From Chrysomallon squamiferum (Eukaryota > Animalia > Mollusca), in contig CM022676.1 in the NCBI GenBank assembly GCA_012295275.1, positions 10,230,001 to 10,294,000 on the forward strand: 64,000 bases of DNA, given 5' to 3'. A program made the translations under genes and the position numbers. The notes under the pieces were generated by a model. The model was not told the origin of the DNA. It made no database searches and saw nothing but the letters and a program-made list of their open reading frames with translations. Positions within the stretch are counted from its first letter, which is position 1. Each line of letters starts with the position of its first letter. Of the stretch, positions 15,051 through 28,631 are shown piece after piece.

Positions 15051-16028
15051 CAACACAAAATGATTATCCAGATTAAGCAATAGTAAATATAATAATAATA
15101 ATAATAATAATAATAGCAACAACAAGTTGTGATAACAATAATGGAAGCTCTAGTCTTCAGTTTTATATTTTCTTATTCTACTTCTACTACTCCTACTACT
15201 ATTAGGAACTACTACTACTACCACCACCACCACCACCACCACCACCACTACTACTACTAATAATAATAAGAAGAATAAGATTAAGTATAAGAATTCAAAA
15301 TAAAACGGGACGACAGAAGCGAGTTCGATTTCTTTTTGAACATCTTATTCTCTTTCTTCTTCTTTATTTTATTTATTTATTTTTTTCTGTTTGGATAATA
15401 TCTAATGCGTAGTTTTTAAACAAACGTGCACTAAAATGACTTCGTACATTCGTTCCAATAAATATACTCTGTACGGACAGTTCAATAATTAATATTTCTT
15501 TTTATTCTCGCCAATTCACGCGAGATTACATTAAACCAAGCAACGGAGCAGAACCAGTCGATACGATGCGGACGGTCTGAGATATTGTATCCGGTTCTGG
15601 CGATGTCTACGTCAATCGAAATGATTTCGTCTTCGCATCGCATCCTTGAATAAAAACACTGGTGATCTAAGATCAGTTCTGCTTTTGAAACGAGAGAAGA
15701 GCTGCTGTTGATTTTAATAATTAAATAGTTGTGATAAAAAAAAAAAAAAAAAAAAATAAAATCCACAGAAAACAAGTGTCAAGGTTTTGTATGATGCTGT
15801 TTACAAGTAAACGTTTAGAGATGTATGAATAATAATACATGTTAACGACTCAACCAGCCATTAATTTAAAAGCGTAGAAAAACCTTCGCCGAAGCTTCAA
15901 GCACGATCTGCCAGGGATAGCCTTGGTTGTTGGGTGTAAGTATATTGCTTTGATGACATAGCTGGATCTGCGACGTAGAAATCTTTACAAGCCACATTTA
16001 ACACGACAGAATACTTTATGTAATAAAC

Positions 16029-16272
16029 CAGGGTCGGATCTAGTGTGAAACTAATGAAACTTAAACATCAGGACCTCTTAATCCCGGATTGGCCTATGGA
16101 GTGATTTCAGTTCCCATTTCTTAAACATTTTAATCAAAATCTGCGATGTGTTTAAATTTTTTAAACCTGTCATGGGACACTTCCGTGGAAGAAGGTAAGA
16201 GTTGCTGTTTGCGAAGGGGGGATATAATCGTTCTGTCTTCAGGCCCCCCCCCGAAATGTAGATCCGCCACTG
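16029..16272. mobile_element. MITE with CAG(G/T)GGCGGATCTA-type terminal inverted repeats
   Basis: cagggtcggatcta ... tagatccgccactg; no clear TSD. Confidence 0.55.
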
Positions 16273-16465
16273 GTCATAATTTTACTGAAATTCCAAGAGA
16301 CCTACTTTGACTGTGTAACCTTAAGCAGTAACTTTTTGGGGGCTTACAGTTAAAGTGTTAGTCTTGTATACAAATAAATGGGCTTAATAAAAAGTGAAAT
16401 AAAAATTATTGTTAATTATTTTGTTGTTTTAAGCGACATAATATACATATGGAAGGAATCAGAGT

Positions 16466-16561
<96 letters not shown>

Positions 16562-16674
16562 TGGAGGAAAAGAAACGGAGAGGAAGATGAAGATACAAAT
16601 GTCATATAATTATTATAATTCATAGTAGCAGGAGAAACAAGAGGAGTAGAAGTAACAGTAATAGTAGCAGGCGT

Positions 16675-17254
16675 CAGAGCAGGATGAAGCAACTGCGGGG
16701 CCCGTAGCAAAGCATAGCATTGGCCCCTACTACTGGCTAGTTACAGAAGTAAACACCCCCCTCAACCTACGCCCACTATTAACATAGCTTTACATACAAA
16801 ATAAACACACCTTAATGTTTGAACAATCAGTCAGATGTATTGTCGAAAGAAAATAAATTTTGCCAACAGTACTGAAAACCAGTGCAAATGTCATTAAACT
16901 TTAAAGTAACTGCATGCCATCGCCCATTTTAACAGTTGCTACTCTAACATCGACCCTAAATGTCTTGCGAAACTTGCTCCTGATTTCCTTATTTGTTTGC
17001 AAACGTTTTGGGTTTTTTTCAGTGTGTTTGCGACAAAGCAACTAGTGAACTAGTTGTGGTCCACTGGTTAGTGAGGAAAGAAAATGTCGAAACAAAACTG
17101 TTCAAAAACCTACCTCTGTACAAGACAAATACCAAAGTCTATAGTCAAAACCGAGATACCCAGCATTTTGATTTAAAGAAAGAAAGAAAGAAAAAAGGTG
17201 ATCCGCAAGGCCCGTAGCATTTGCTTCATCTGCTACTGTGTTGATCCGGGACTG
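16675..17254. mobile_element. Degenerate non-autonomous DNA transposon
   Basis: Both ends share gatgaagcaa and ggcccgtagca motifs (the former inverted); right end gatccgggactg. Confidence 0.4.
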
Positions 17255-18309
17255 GCTGTCGTGGTCGTAGTCGTAGTAAAAGTAGTAGAAGTCGTAATAT
17301 TCTATTTACAAGAACACATACTGAACAAAACATTCTATGCGACGATAATTAATACTGATCTAGTCTTGTTAAAGTATAACTATAAACCTAAAAATAAATT
17401 AAATTAATTTATAGCACTGCGAAGGAAATAACTCACGGTAATCTAAAATAAAAATCTAAGAAGAATAACTCTTTTAGCGGAGAATATTTGAAAACTTTCT
17501 TCGTAGAGTTACCTTCCTTGTTTAGGGGATGATTTTCAAGTATGTAAAAAAACTGGATTAAACTTCCGAAAATAAAACTGTCTAAAGAAATATACCTGAA
17601 AATGCTCTTTAAATAGTCATTTCCACTGAAAGATAAAATAAAATAAAATAAATAGTTTCGTAACTATAATTATATTACATAAAACGAAGAGAGATAACTA
17701 TGTTAAAGAAAGGAACATGAAAATGTCTTCCACAAATTTACGTTACTAATTTCTGGAAAAATAGATAAGGACTTAATAAGTAACGTAAAGTATTACGTGA
17801 AATTTGATTCTCGTCAAAATGGATTTTTTTTTTTAAAGAAGAAAACACCCCCTCCCTCCCCACACACAGACACACTCAAACAAGACCGCCACCCCCTAAC
17901 CTGTCTTATAATCTTAAACGAAGCTGTAGCCATTGGTGATGTAAGTTTCGTTCTCGAATATTCACGTTAGAATGAGAACTAAAAACAAGGAAATGACGTG
18001 GTTTAAAGGCGTCATTCATACGTCATTCCGGAGAGACTGGTGGTAGCGATAAATATCTGGTATTAAGTCATTCAATTTCTTGGGAGGTTTTAGCTAAGGA
18101 CTTGTGTTCCACTTTCTTCTAATTTTTCTTAGACAGTGACGTCTGAAAAATCATAGAAGTCGCCATGATGTGTTGCGATACGTTAATAATTCTGACGGTA
18201 CAGATTTATAAATAATTAGGTTCCTAAGCCAAGGTAAGGATTTTCCTTTGGCGAAATCCAACAAAATATAATCGTGTAGTTTTAATGACATTAGTCACTA
18301 AGGTTAAAA

Positions 18310-18344
<35 letters not shown>

Positions 18345-18488
18345 CCATTTTCATTTTGTGAAACTTCATATTCTACAACATCATAAGATAAATTTAACCT
18401 GTACAAATGGATTTAACCAAGATACTAAAATCAGCTGCACACACTGAATCTGTTAATAACAACAACAACAACAACAACAATAATAGTA

Positions 18489-18541
<53 letters not shown>

Positions 18542-19111
18542 TTTGTCCATAAAGCAACCTGATACAAGTACAGACTAAGCGAAAAACAATCCACTTGTTA
18601 AGTCTGCTGTCAAAAAACCCCACAAAAAAAAACATGGTTGTTGGGAACGCTCAGTTAGGACAATCGACTTTGGTTCGAATTAGGCTTAACAAGACGTGTA
18701 TCACAACACATTGTTACATGATCAGTAGGAAGTATATTAATTGAAAACACTTTTCTTTCTCAAGATGTAAAATAAAACGTTAACTTTCGAATCTTTAAAA
18801 CAAAATACCGACAGGGGATCAGGGGGCAGATACATGGAAATGGTGATCGGCTGCAATCACACTCAAGAACAGACATACAAATAAATAAATAAGTAAATAA
18901 ATAATCTGATATAAATAAATAAATAAATATACTGATGGAAATAACATTTAAATAAATGAATAATTTGTATGACGTCGTCGCTTCTTTCATATTATCTCGT
19001 TTTTCAATTTTATATGATGTTTTTATATTTACACTAATAACAAAACAATAAATCAAGGCACAGTACCCTTAAATCTTTGCTGACAAGGAGAAGTTTTAAA
19101 ATGTGAACTTT

Positions 19112-19159
<48 letters not shown>

Positions 19160-19289
19160 TTTTTAATAATAACAAATATATTAACTTCTTTTCTTATTTT
19201 CTTTCATTCTTTCTTCACCCTCCATGTATCTCTATTCAGGATTATTTATTTATTTATTTATTATTTTTATTATTATTATTATTATTGTT

Positions 19290-19323
<34 letters not shown>

Positions 19324-19411
19324 TTTTTCAATTATTTTTTAACAGAATTAGAGATAAAAACCAGATGCGAAGTGTTGCTGACTGGGGCAAAACAACAACT
19401 GTAATACAACT

Positions 19412-19493
19412 ATGCGTTGTTTTAATTGTATTATGTCAGTACATACACTTTTTTGTCTCATGTTGACATTTACTAGAGTCCAGGGAACAAATG
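19412..19493 (+). CDS. Gene A exon 1, signal peptide
   Basis: Acceptor aacag at 19341-19345, ATG 19412 (or in-frame 19433), hydrophobic core, donor G|gtaagt at 19494. Confidence 0.75.
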
Positions 19494-21260
19494 GTAAGTT
19501 AATTTGTTAGTTTCAAACACTGGCAGAGAGAAGTCAGTTTAAAAACAAGAAATCAAATAATATCATCATCATCTAAGATCAAAGGAAAAAAAAATAAAAA
19601 ATTAGCATTTTATCCTTTTGAAATTTGTGTGTATTTTAATATTAATAATAAGAAATGTCATGGGTTGATAAAGTCTATCTTTGCCAAAATAAATAAACAG
19701 CCTAAATATATTTTCTCCATATCTTCCAGCTGCAATTATTATTATTATTATTATTATTATTATTTTATATTTATTTTATATATATATTTACTTACTTTCT
19801 TACTTATGAATTTTTATTTTATTTTATTTTATTTATTTATTTTTGTTTTAATTGATACTAAAATGCAGGTCCCACATCTGTTATCTATAATACCCAAGAC
19901 TAGAAATTCTTAAAATTTCTGAATACTTCAGATTTTGGAGTATAATCAGATAGAATATGTTCAAAAAAGAATTTTGAACACAGAATTCATATAAATTTTG
20001 TATAAAGCTTGTATTTTTATATATTATTATATTAAATATAAATCTTGTACAGATAGTCTGCCAGTATTTTTACATATTATTTTAAAATAATTTTGTGCAT
20101 TTTTTTTTGTTTAAATACTTAAAACTGTTAGATTAAAACTACAATATATCACACGTTAGCTTGGCTGCTCAAATATGTTTTGGATTTCAGAATTTCAGGT
20201 AAGGGATTGGGTAACAAGAAAAAAAGTACAATTTAAAGACATCTTGAGTCCCAAATGTTTACGTGAATTCTGACTTGGTGAGGGCCTAAGTTATATAAAG
20301 TCACGAGACCCTTTTTTTTTAAATATATTTTTTTAAATTACGCCAGCTGAAGATACTAACATACACTTTTAATTATTTACAAGCCAAGTTAATAATACAG
20401 ATTAGCAGGACTGTAAGACAAAGATAATGGATGACAAATGATCAGTACTAGATAACCTCAGGTGATCTGTTTAAAATTAATTACCTGTGGTATAAATGAG
20501 TATAATCTGGAATCTCACTGGGGCCACAAGCTATAGCTTGTTTAACTTGTAACTAAATTTGGCACTGTGTATTTGTGATATTATCATTTACGTATATGCT
20601 CCAAAAAATTTAAATTGTTATAAGTAACTTCGATTATATTCAGCTCAAACTGTCAATGGAAAATCAGCTTAGGTTCAAAATGTTTAATCATAAATAAGTG
20701 ATTTAGAAAACAAAAATAGGAACATTAATTTTAGTGGCTTATTTCAATAAAGGTAAGATAAAATCAGATCTAGATGCTGACACAGAAATATTGATTCGTA
20801 TAACCGTTCATTTCTTCTTTTTGCAAGTAAGACCAACTGACCCGTACATCATCCTACCTTCCACTGTTTATGAAAGTCAGGAAGAAGAGTACCTGTGTAG
20901 ATCAGATTTTGGAAAACCAGCTCCAGTACTGACCTGGAGATTTGGTAAAGCCCGTTTACGAGGAATACAGAGAAACTTGCAAAATAATGACAGCACGGTG
21001 AATTCCACCAACCATCTGTTTCTGAACCTGAGACTAGATGACAGTGGAAAAGTCCTCAAGTGTGACATGCGGCATGTTTCCACCAAGAAGGTTAAAACAG
21101 CAACCAAACACGTAAAAGTAATTTGTAAGTTTAATTTTTTTTCTTTCTTTTTTTCGTGCACTCATGAACACACACACACAGCCACACACATCCACACACA
21201 ATAAGACATACACATACACAATATATATAGTCATATTTGCAAGCATTTTGTTTTTAGACA

Positions 21261-21298
<38 letters not shown>

Positions 21299-21331
21299 GT
21301 CATATTTGCAAGTGTTTTGTTTTTAGATATT

Positions 21332-21363
<32 letters not shown>

Positions 21364-23834
21364 GTCATATTTGCAAGCATTTTGTTTTTAGACATTTGTG
21401 TGTAGGTGTTTGTGTGAGTGCAAATATATATATATACAGTGGTAGCTTGACTTATGAGTGCCCCAACTTACGAGTTTTTCAAGTTAAGATCAGTTGCTAG
21501 GTTGATTTTTTGCTTTGAGTTGCAAGCGAGCTTCAGATACTCTGCTGCTGGTTGGCACAACAAACAACACAACATCCGACCAGCATCCCAAGCCTCAGTC
21601 ATTTACTTCACATGTTTACCTTGCCATTGAAGCATCTCCGTTGTGTTGTGCTCGCATTTTGTGCAGTATTTTGCCACATTTCCATGGATCACAAAGTGAG
21701 TGCAAAGGACAGTGCTGAGAACAAGAAGTGGATGATCTCCATTGAATTAAAGCATGAAATCACAGAAAAACATGAATGAGGAGTGAGTGTAGTCAACTTG
21801 GCTAGGCAGTACAAGCGTAGTACTTCCACGATATGTACCGTACTGAAAAGCTGAAGGAGTCAATAAAGGCTGTAACTCCAGCCAAAGGCGTTAAAATAAC
21901 TTATCTGATCTCCAAGATAAATACACTTTGTAAAATCAATTTATTTCTTTACATTCTCTTTTATTTAGTTTTTCATACAATTTTTGTCATTTATAAATAT
22001 ATTTTTCTTATTTAAAAACATGTTACAAAGAAAAAAAGAAATGGGGTGGTTTTGGTGGGCTGGATCTGATTAAATATACAAGCAAATTGAGCTACGAGCT
22101 CAGTCATGGAACAAATTAAACTCATAAGTCAAGGTAACACTCTATATATATGTTATGTTCATGTATGTGTATGTGTATATATATATATATGTAGGTATCT
22201 GGTTACATTTATATATGTATATATGTGTATGTGTGTGTGTGTCTAGCTATGTTTATGTAGGTATATATGTAGGCATCTTGTTACATTTATATATGTATGT
22301 ACATGAGTGTATGTGTGCGTATCTAGACATTGTTTTGTATGTACATATATGTAGGTATCTAGTTATTTATATTCATACATATACACACATAAACATGTGT
22401 GTATGTGTGTATGTGTTTGTGTAGGTTTCTAGTTATGTTTATGTATACATATATTTGTAGATATCAAGTTACATGTATTTCTATGGAGGTATCTAGTTTG
22501 TTTATGTATGTGTGTATATCTAGTTTTACATATGTACATGTGTGTGTATGTATGTGTGTATCTAGTTACTTTTATATGTGTATATGTGCATGTGTGTGTA
22601 TGTATATATATATTGTATCTAGTAAGTTTTTTTATATCTGTATGTGTTTGTGTGTATATATGTATCTAGTTACTTTGATATGTGTGTGTGTGTGTGTGTG
22701 TGTGTGTTTATATCTAGTTATATTTATCTCTGTATGAAGATAATAATCAAACTTTGCGTGGCATTTGTACAGAGTAAACAATTATATTTATTACAAGTTT
22801 CAGCTTTCATTTCTTATTTAATTCAGTTGTAATGTCACAACCGAAAATAGAATCTGCACCGTTTGTCGAAGGTGAAAATGCTTCTGTGAAATGTTCTATT
22901 GAAACAGTGGACACCAATGTCTCTCTGACTCTAAGCTTATCTGGAGTGAGGCAACTTCCTCCTTCGTCTGCCCATAAAGAAAAAACAGCAAATGGATCCT
23001 GGTTAATAGAAATTACGTATTCGTTTGTGCCAGATCGTAGTTGGAACCATAATTATCCTTTGTTTTTCGTGTGCACTGCCCTAAACACAATTAACAAGGA
23101 GTCACGTCACATTATAATGGTTAATGGTAGGTTAGATTTTTTATTAAGTTCAGATTGTTAATGGAGGTTATTTTTAGATTAAGTTCAGATTGTTAATGTT
23201 AAGTGAGATAGAGCTAAAATTGTTAATGTAAATTAAATTTAGAATAAGTTAAAATTGTTGACGTAAATTAAATTTAGAATAAGTTAAAATTGTTAACGTA
23301 AATTAAATTTAGAATAAGTTCGAATAGTTAACTGTAAGTTAAATTTAGATTAACTTTTATTTGTTAATGGTAGGACAGATTTAGATTAAGATCAATTTGT
23401 TAATGATAATTAAAATTTAGATTAAATTTAAATTGTTAATGGTAAGTTAAATTAAAATTAAGATCAGATTGTTAATGGTAAGACAAATTTGGATTAAGTT
23501 CTAATTCTTAATTGTAAGTTAGATTAAAATTAAGTTCAAATTGTTCAGGTTAAGTGAGACTCAATTCAAACTGTTGATGATATGTCAGAAAATATTCAAA
23601 TTGTTAAAAGTAAGTGATTTTGGATAAAATTAGAAATATTAATTTTATTCAGTTTAGATTAAATTCATCTGTTTGTTGTTAATGGTAAGGTCAATTAGCA
23701 GATATGTTCAAATATGTTCAGATATACTTTCTTGTAAGTAATTTCAGGACTGAATGGTTAAAAAAAAAATTCTCCAGTAAAACATATCTTAGAAATATGA
23801 AGAACATATTTTATTATTAATAAAGACTGCAAAA

Positions 23835-23868
<34 letters not shown>

Positions 23869-24456
23869 GAGATAATTAAAAAAGCATGCACCTTATGTTT
23901 AAACTATTTCTCATATCACCAGTGACCCAACTATGAAACTTAGTAATTATTAGACTAAACACTTTCACAGAAATATTAATTCATATAATCAATCTATTTC
24001 TTCTTTTCACAAGTAAGACCAACAGACCCATACTTAATTACACCCGACACAACTTACGAGCATCAGAGATCACATTATCAGTGTAAATCAAATTTTGGAA
24101 ACCCATCGCCAATACTGACCTGGAGGCTTGGTAACTCTCGCTTACTTGGAAGACAGATAAATATGCCAAATAACGACAGCACCATCAACTCGACCAACCA
24201 CCTGTATATAAAACTAAACATGAACGAAAATGGGAAGGAGCTAAGGTGTGACATGCAGCATATCTCCATCAAAAACGTCAAAACAGCAACATCAGTGTTA
24301 ACAGTAATTTGTGAGTTTATGTTTGGTTTTCGTTCATGCACTTGAGAAGACACACACACACACACACACACACACACATTCACAAAAATGTATAAGAAAC
24401 CAAAATGTTTGAAAGTATGCATAATTTGTATTTTCTTTTTTTGTGTTTAATATATG

Positions 24457-24506
<50 letters not shown>

Positions 24507-27163
24507 TTCTGTGTGTGTCTTAGGGATTGTTTTTCTATGTAGTATATACATATATATCTAGTTATGTTTATATAAGTATATATGTAGATATGTAGTTACA
24601 TTTATGCATCTATATATGTAGATAATAGATTTTGTTTATATATGTATATATGTATGTTTCTAGTTATGTTTTTGTATATATATATATATGTATGTATCTA
24701 GTTAATTTTTTGTATGTATATACTTGTCAATATCTAGTTTTATTTTTATATATGTATATTATATATATATATATATATATAGATATCTGCCTATATACAT
24801 ATATAGTTATATATATATATACATATGTAAGAATTTTGTTAGACCATTTATTCATTGTCACAGTTCACTTTAAATTGTTTTTCATATTTTATTGCAGCTT
24901 TAGGAATCTTAAATAGAAAGGGTAAGTACAAAGTTACACATTTCTTTACGGTGGTTGACGAAAATCATCATCGTCATGACCATTATAATCATCATTGAGT
25001 CCTGTACCCATTTGGCCACTAGGGCAAGGCACTTGTCCTGACAATATGGCACCAGCCTGCTGAGTCTTTTGCTATAAGTTCATTCCTTTTTATTGTCCAT
25101 CCAAATTCACAGCCCCCCACTTCTGTCTACACTCAACAGTGCCCCCTGTTGGCTGGTGTTTGCTAAAAACAGTTTGGCTCTGGTGATGTGGCCAGAACAT
25201 CTGAGTTTTCTCTTCCTTGGAATTATAAGGATGCTGTCATTTTGCCTGATGTATTTGTCAACCGTTTCTCTGAATTTGTTTGCGTGTGTGTGTTTGTGTA
25301 ATGGATTTTAGAAAGTCTATGTGTTGTATAATGGATCCCAGAAAGTCTCTGTGTTATCTAATGGATCCCAGAGAGTCTATGTGTTGTATAATGGATCCTG
25401 GAGAGTCTGTGTAATGGATCCTGTGGAATCTGTGTGTTGTATATTGGCACCTGGATAGTCTATGTGCTGTGTAATGGATTCCAGAAAGTATGTGTGTTGT
25501 GTAATGGATGCAGAAGGGTCTGTGTAAGATCCTGTGGTAAATTTAGATTAAACTGAGAGATGTTCTAGACTCACCAGGTTCTCTTCAGTTGGATTAAGAC
25601 AACTGTGGCATTTGCAATATGTGTGTTTTTATTTCCTTTAATGACTTTCCATCCACAGTTTAAATGGAATCTAGGAAGTAAACTTTGGCACATTGTACAC
25701 ATTGAAAAATATATGATATAAACATTCAGCTGTTCTCGGCTACCAAAGACAGTGTCTTTGTTCTTTTTGAAGTTCTAATATTATTGATCTTATCAACATG
25801 CTGAGAGTGATCCATTAGGTCCTCCAGAGCACCATGAAGTACGTCAAGGTCATTGCCTAGTATTGAGATGTTAACAGTTTGACCTCAGATTGTCAGAGGA
25901 GAAATCTAAATCCAGCCATGATGTTTCCCAGATATGTGTTGTCTAATGAAGGCTCTAGGGTGCATCAGTGCCTCACACTCACTGAGGTAGTGGAACAGTC
26001 ATGTGGCTTGTCCATGCCACATGTAGCACCTCTGTTGTATTGATGATGTTTGCCATTTTATTAGGACTTTTTTTTAAAATATGGCGGTTCTTTTCTCGTA
26101 TACAAATGTAACTAAACATCCATCCTTACTTGCAACCACATCCATCCATCCATATATACATACATATAAATAATGTATGTGTGTGTGTGTGTGTGTGTGA
26201 CTGTGTATGTGTGTGTGTGCACACATGCAGGTGCCCTTATGTGTAACAAATGTAATGTTTTTATTTTATTTTGTTTCTTTCAGCCAAGATAGGTCGAACT
26301 AGATCAAGGCTCTCTTCAGGTATAATCAGCCTTGTTGTTCTTCCTTTTGTTGCAGTAATTTCAGCTGTTCTTGGGTTGTGTATCTTTAGTCAGTGTAAGT
26401 AAAACCCATTTTAATAACAGGTAAACTAAACTCCAGAAAGAAATATCCTGACTAAATATATTCATATTGTAAACGAGTTTAAAAAGAGATCATAAATTAT
26501 GTTAATGTGATGGGTTTTTTTTAAATCTTAATAAACTGATAATAAATGAATTAATAAATAAAATAAAATAAAATAAAATAAATAAATAAATAATAAAGTA
26601 AAGAAAGAAAATACTCTTGAAATCAGAGATGCTTATCTGCTGTATTGATATGAATAGATAATAGAATTATAACAGATTAAAGTGAAGTTATTTTAATAAT
26701 AATTAATTAAAAATAAAAAGGAAAGAAAGAGCGAAAGAAAGAAAGAAAGAAAGAAAAAGAAACCTCCCACTAGATATAAAATAATAAAAACAATAATTGT
26801 AACTGATGTCACTTAGAAAGTGGATATCTTGTTCTCTCAGTGTATCTCTCCATCCATATCATCTGTCTGTCATTATTTATCTTCCTTCTTCTATGCCCAT
26901 CCATTTGTCCATACATCCATCTGTTAATCAGTCTGTCATTTATTTATCTGTATTCATGCTTTAATCAAAATCATCAGTTTATCGTACAGTCTATCTATAG
27001 CTTTGTCACCTACGTATCTCCATTACATTTCATTTACATTTAAAATTTAATATTTATTTACTTTCTTTCAGATATGAAGTTTCAGAACAAAAACAGAATC
27101 AAGAATGTATCTGAAACAGATGAAGTTATTGAAAAAATAGTAAAAAAGGAAACAAATAAATAA
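19412..27163 (+). CDS. IgSF gene A: type-I membrane protein, signal peptide + 3 Ig-like domains + TM + 30-aa tail (~400 aa, 7 coding exons)
   Basis: Exons 19412-19493, 20828-21124, 22827-23126, 24014-24310, 24898-24921, 26284-26394, 27072-27163 join in frame (1203 nt) with GT-AG phase-1 introns. N-term MRCFNCIMSVHTLFCLMLTFTRVQGT, three paired-Cys Ig domains, TM GIISLVVLPFVAVISAVLGLCIF, tail YMKFQNKNRIKNVSETDEVIEKIVKKETNK*. Confidence 0.85.
20828..21124 (+). CDS. Gene A exon 2, Ig domain D1 (CD80-like C2-set type)
   Basis: VRPTDP...YLCRSDFGKPAPVLTW...DDSGKVLKCDMRH; 297 nt, phase 1-1, donor T|gtaagt. Confidence 0.9.
21437..22142 (+). mobile_element. Non-autonomous Tigger/pogo-family DNA transposon, copy 1 (gene A intron 2)
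   Basis: TA-flanked TIRs cagtggtagcttgacttatgagt ... actcataagtcaaggtaacactc; internal remnant MDHKVSAKDSAENKKWMISIELKHEITEKHE*GVSVVNLARQY resembles the CENP-B/psq HTH N-terminus of Tigger transposases. Confidence 0.85.
22827..23126 (+). CDS. Gene A exon 3, Ig domain D2 (atypical, lacks C-strand Trp)
   Basis: PKIESAPFVEGENASVKC...FVCTALN; 300 nt, ttcag acceptor, G|gtaggt donor. Confidence 0.88.
23119..23700 (+). repeat. ~36-bp minisatellite starting at the gene A exon 3 donor
   Basis: Unit ~ttgttaatggtaagttaaatttagattaagttcaga; the first unit overlaps the exon end. Confidence 0.85.
24014..24310 (+). CDS. Gene A exon 4, Ig domain D3 (duplicate of D1)
   Basis: VRPTDP...YQCKSNFGNPSPILTW...ENGKELRCDMQH; 297 nt, T|gtgagt donor. 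Confidence 0.9.
24898..24921 (+). CDS. Gene A exon 5, 24-nt stalk microexon (SLGILNRK)
   Basis: ttgcag acceptor, G|gtaagt donor, frame-preserving. Confidence 0.6.
24990..26040 (-). mobile_element. Degenerate RTE-clade LINE 3' fragment in gene A intron 5, interrupted by a ~30-bp minisatellite
   Basis: Minus-strand RKRKLRCSGHITRAK..LANTSQQG at ~25140-25220 resembles the RTE ORF C-terminal motif (RKLxWFGHxxR...ILQG). Boundaries are approximate. Confidence 0.6.
26284..26394 (+). CDS. Gene A exon 6, transmembrane exon
   Basis: tttcag acceptor; AKIGRTRSRLSSGIISLVVLPFVAVISAVLGLCIFSQ; T|gtaagt. Confidence 0.85.
27072..27163 (+). CDS. Gene A exon 7, cytoplasmic tail
   Basis: ctttctttcag acceptor; open frame to TAA 27161-27163. 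Confidence 0.75.
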
Positions 27164-28631
27164 ATGAAAAACCAGTAAATAAATACATAAATGAGTAAAT
27201 AAATATTTAAATGGACAGCAAAAATAATAAAATAAATACGTGAATAAATAAACAAATAAATAAATAAGTAAATGAATAAATAATAAATAAGTGAATGAAT
27301 GAATGAATGAATAAATAAATAAATAAATAAATATATGAATAAATAAAGATATAAAATTAATATTTAAAAAATAAATAAAATAAGAAAATAAATATTTAAA
27401 TTAAAGAGAATAATAAATAAATAAATAAACACTACCGTACCCACAATTTGATGCATACAACTAAATAAATATACAGTACATATATAAACATATGCGTACA
27501 TATATACAAAAAAAAAAAAATATACAAATAAATAAATATGAGCTACATATTAGATAAGTAATGTGTTTTTTTTAAAAAAGTAGTTCATTTTATAGAATTT
27601 AGAATTTGTGAATTTATCCTTATTTTTTGTTGTTACTGAAAAATTAAAGAGTTCATTTTGACTAAAATATCCTTGTGAATTTTGTTATTTTTTTCTGTAT
27701 GTATATGTTGTTGTGGTTGTTGTTGTAAGAGAAGATGACATAAACAAATTGTAAGCAACCCACATGTGATACAGGAAGTATTTATTAGGAAATAAATTTC
27801 AGTTATACACACACGTATACAAATACATATACACACATAAACAAACATACATACATACATAGAAGATTACAGACTTTGTCATTTATATATTGAACATTTA
27901 AATAATTTCTTTGCAGTGTAGTAAGCTTAAAGAAAAATTATAAAAAACAGGATCTGAATGCAAAGCTATTTGGCATGGTTACCAGATATTTTAAAATGAA
28001 ACAATTTAAAAAAAAAAAAAAAAAAAAAATTCATTCAAATTGTTTGAAACGTCTGGAACTCAACATTTTTCTCAAAGTGTTTGAACAAATGGAGAGAAGA
28101 AACAATTGATCTTCAATTTTAAGTGAGAAAATGGCATCTTCAGTGACATTTTGTGATCTTTATTTGTTATGTGGTTTTGTTGGCAAACATTTGGACTACT
28201 TTATCTCGTTGCCTTCATAATCAAAAAGTTATCTTACAGCCATCTTCTTCTAGTATGTGATATATTTTTAGTATAAAAATAATTTTTAGCAATAAGTTAG
28301 TTCTCGGAATCCACTTCAGTGATTAGCATATAGTGTGTATTTTAAAGAAACTCTTATATCGGAAAACAGAAGTATTAAACGAACAAGTGGTTGAGATTAT
28401 TCAGACCAGTGGTTCTCAAATTCTAGCCTATTATAGTGTTACATTTGTTAAAAGCAAACGATTGATAAAAGTTTTCCCTCACCATTAAAAATATAGCCTT
28501 TGTAAATATTTTGACATTTTAACAGTCCATTGCTTTGTATTTCGTATTACAATATTTTTGAAAAAATTGCCAAGACATGTCAGGTTCATACTTCTCATCA
28601 GCACAAAATAGATGAATAATAAAGGTATATA

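Noticed and set aside
17990-18240. TGACGT (CRE-like) sites and a donor at 18234 as the gene A promoter/first exon; similar donors at 29790 and 39654 for genes B and C
   Set aside because: Plausible non-coding first exons, but short motifs alone are insufficient to call them.
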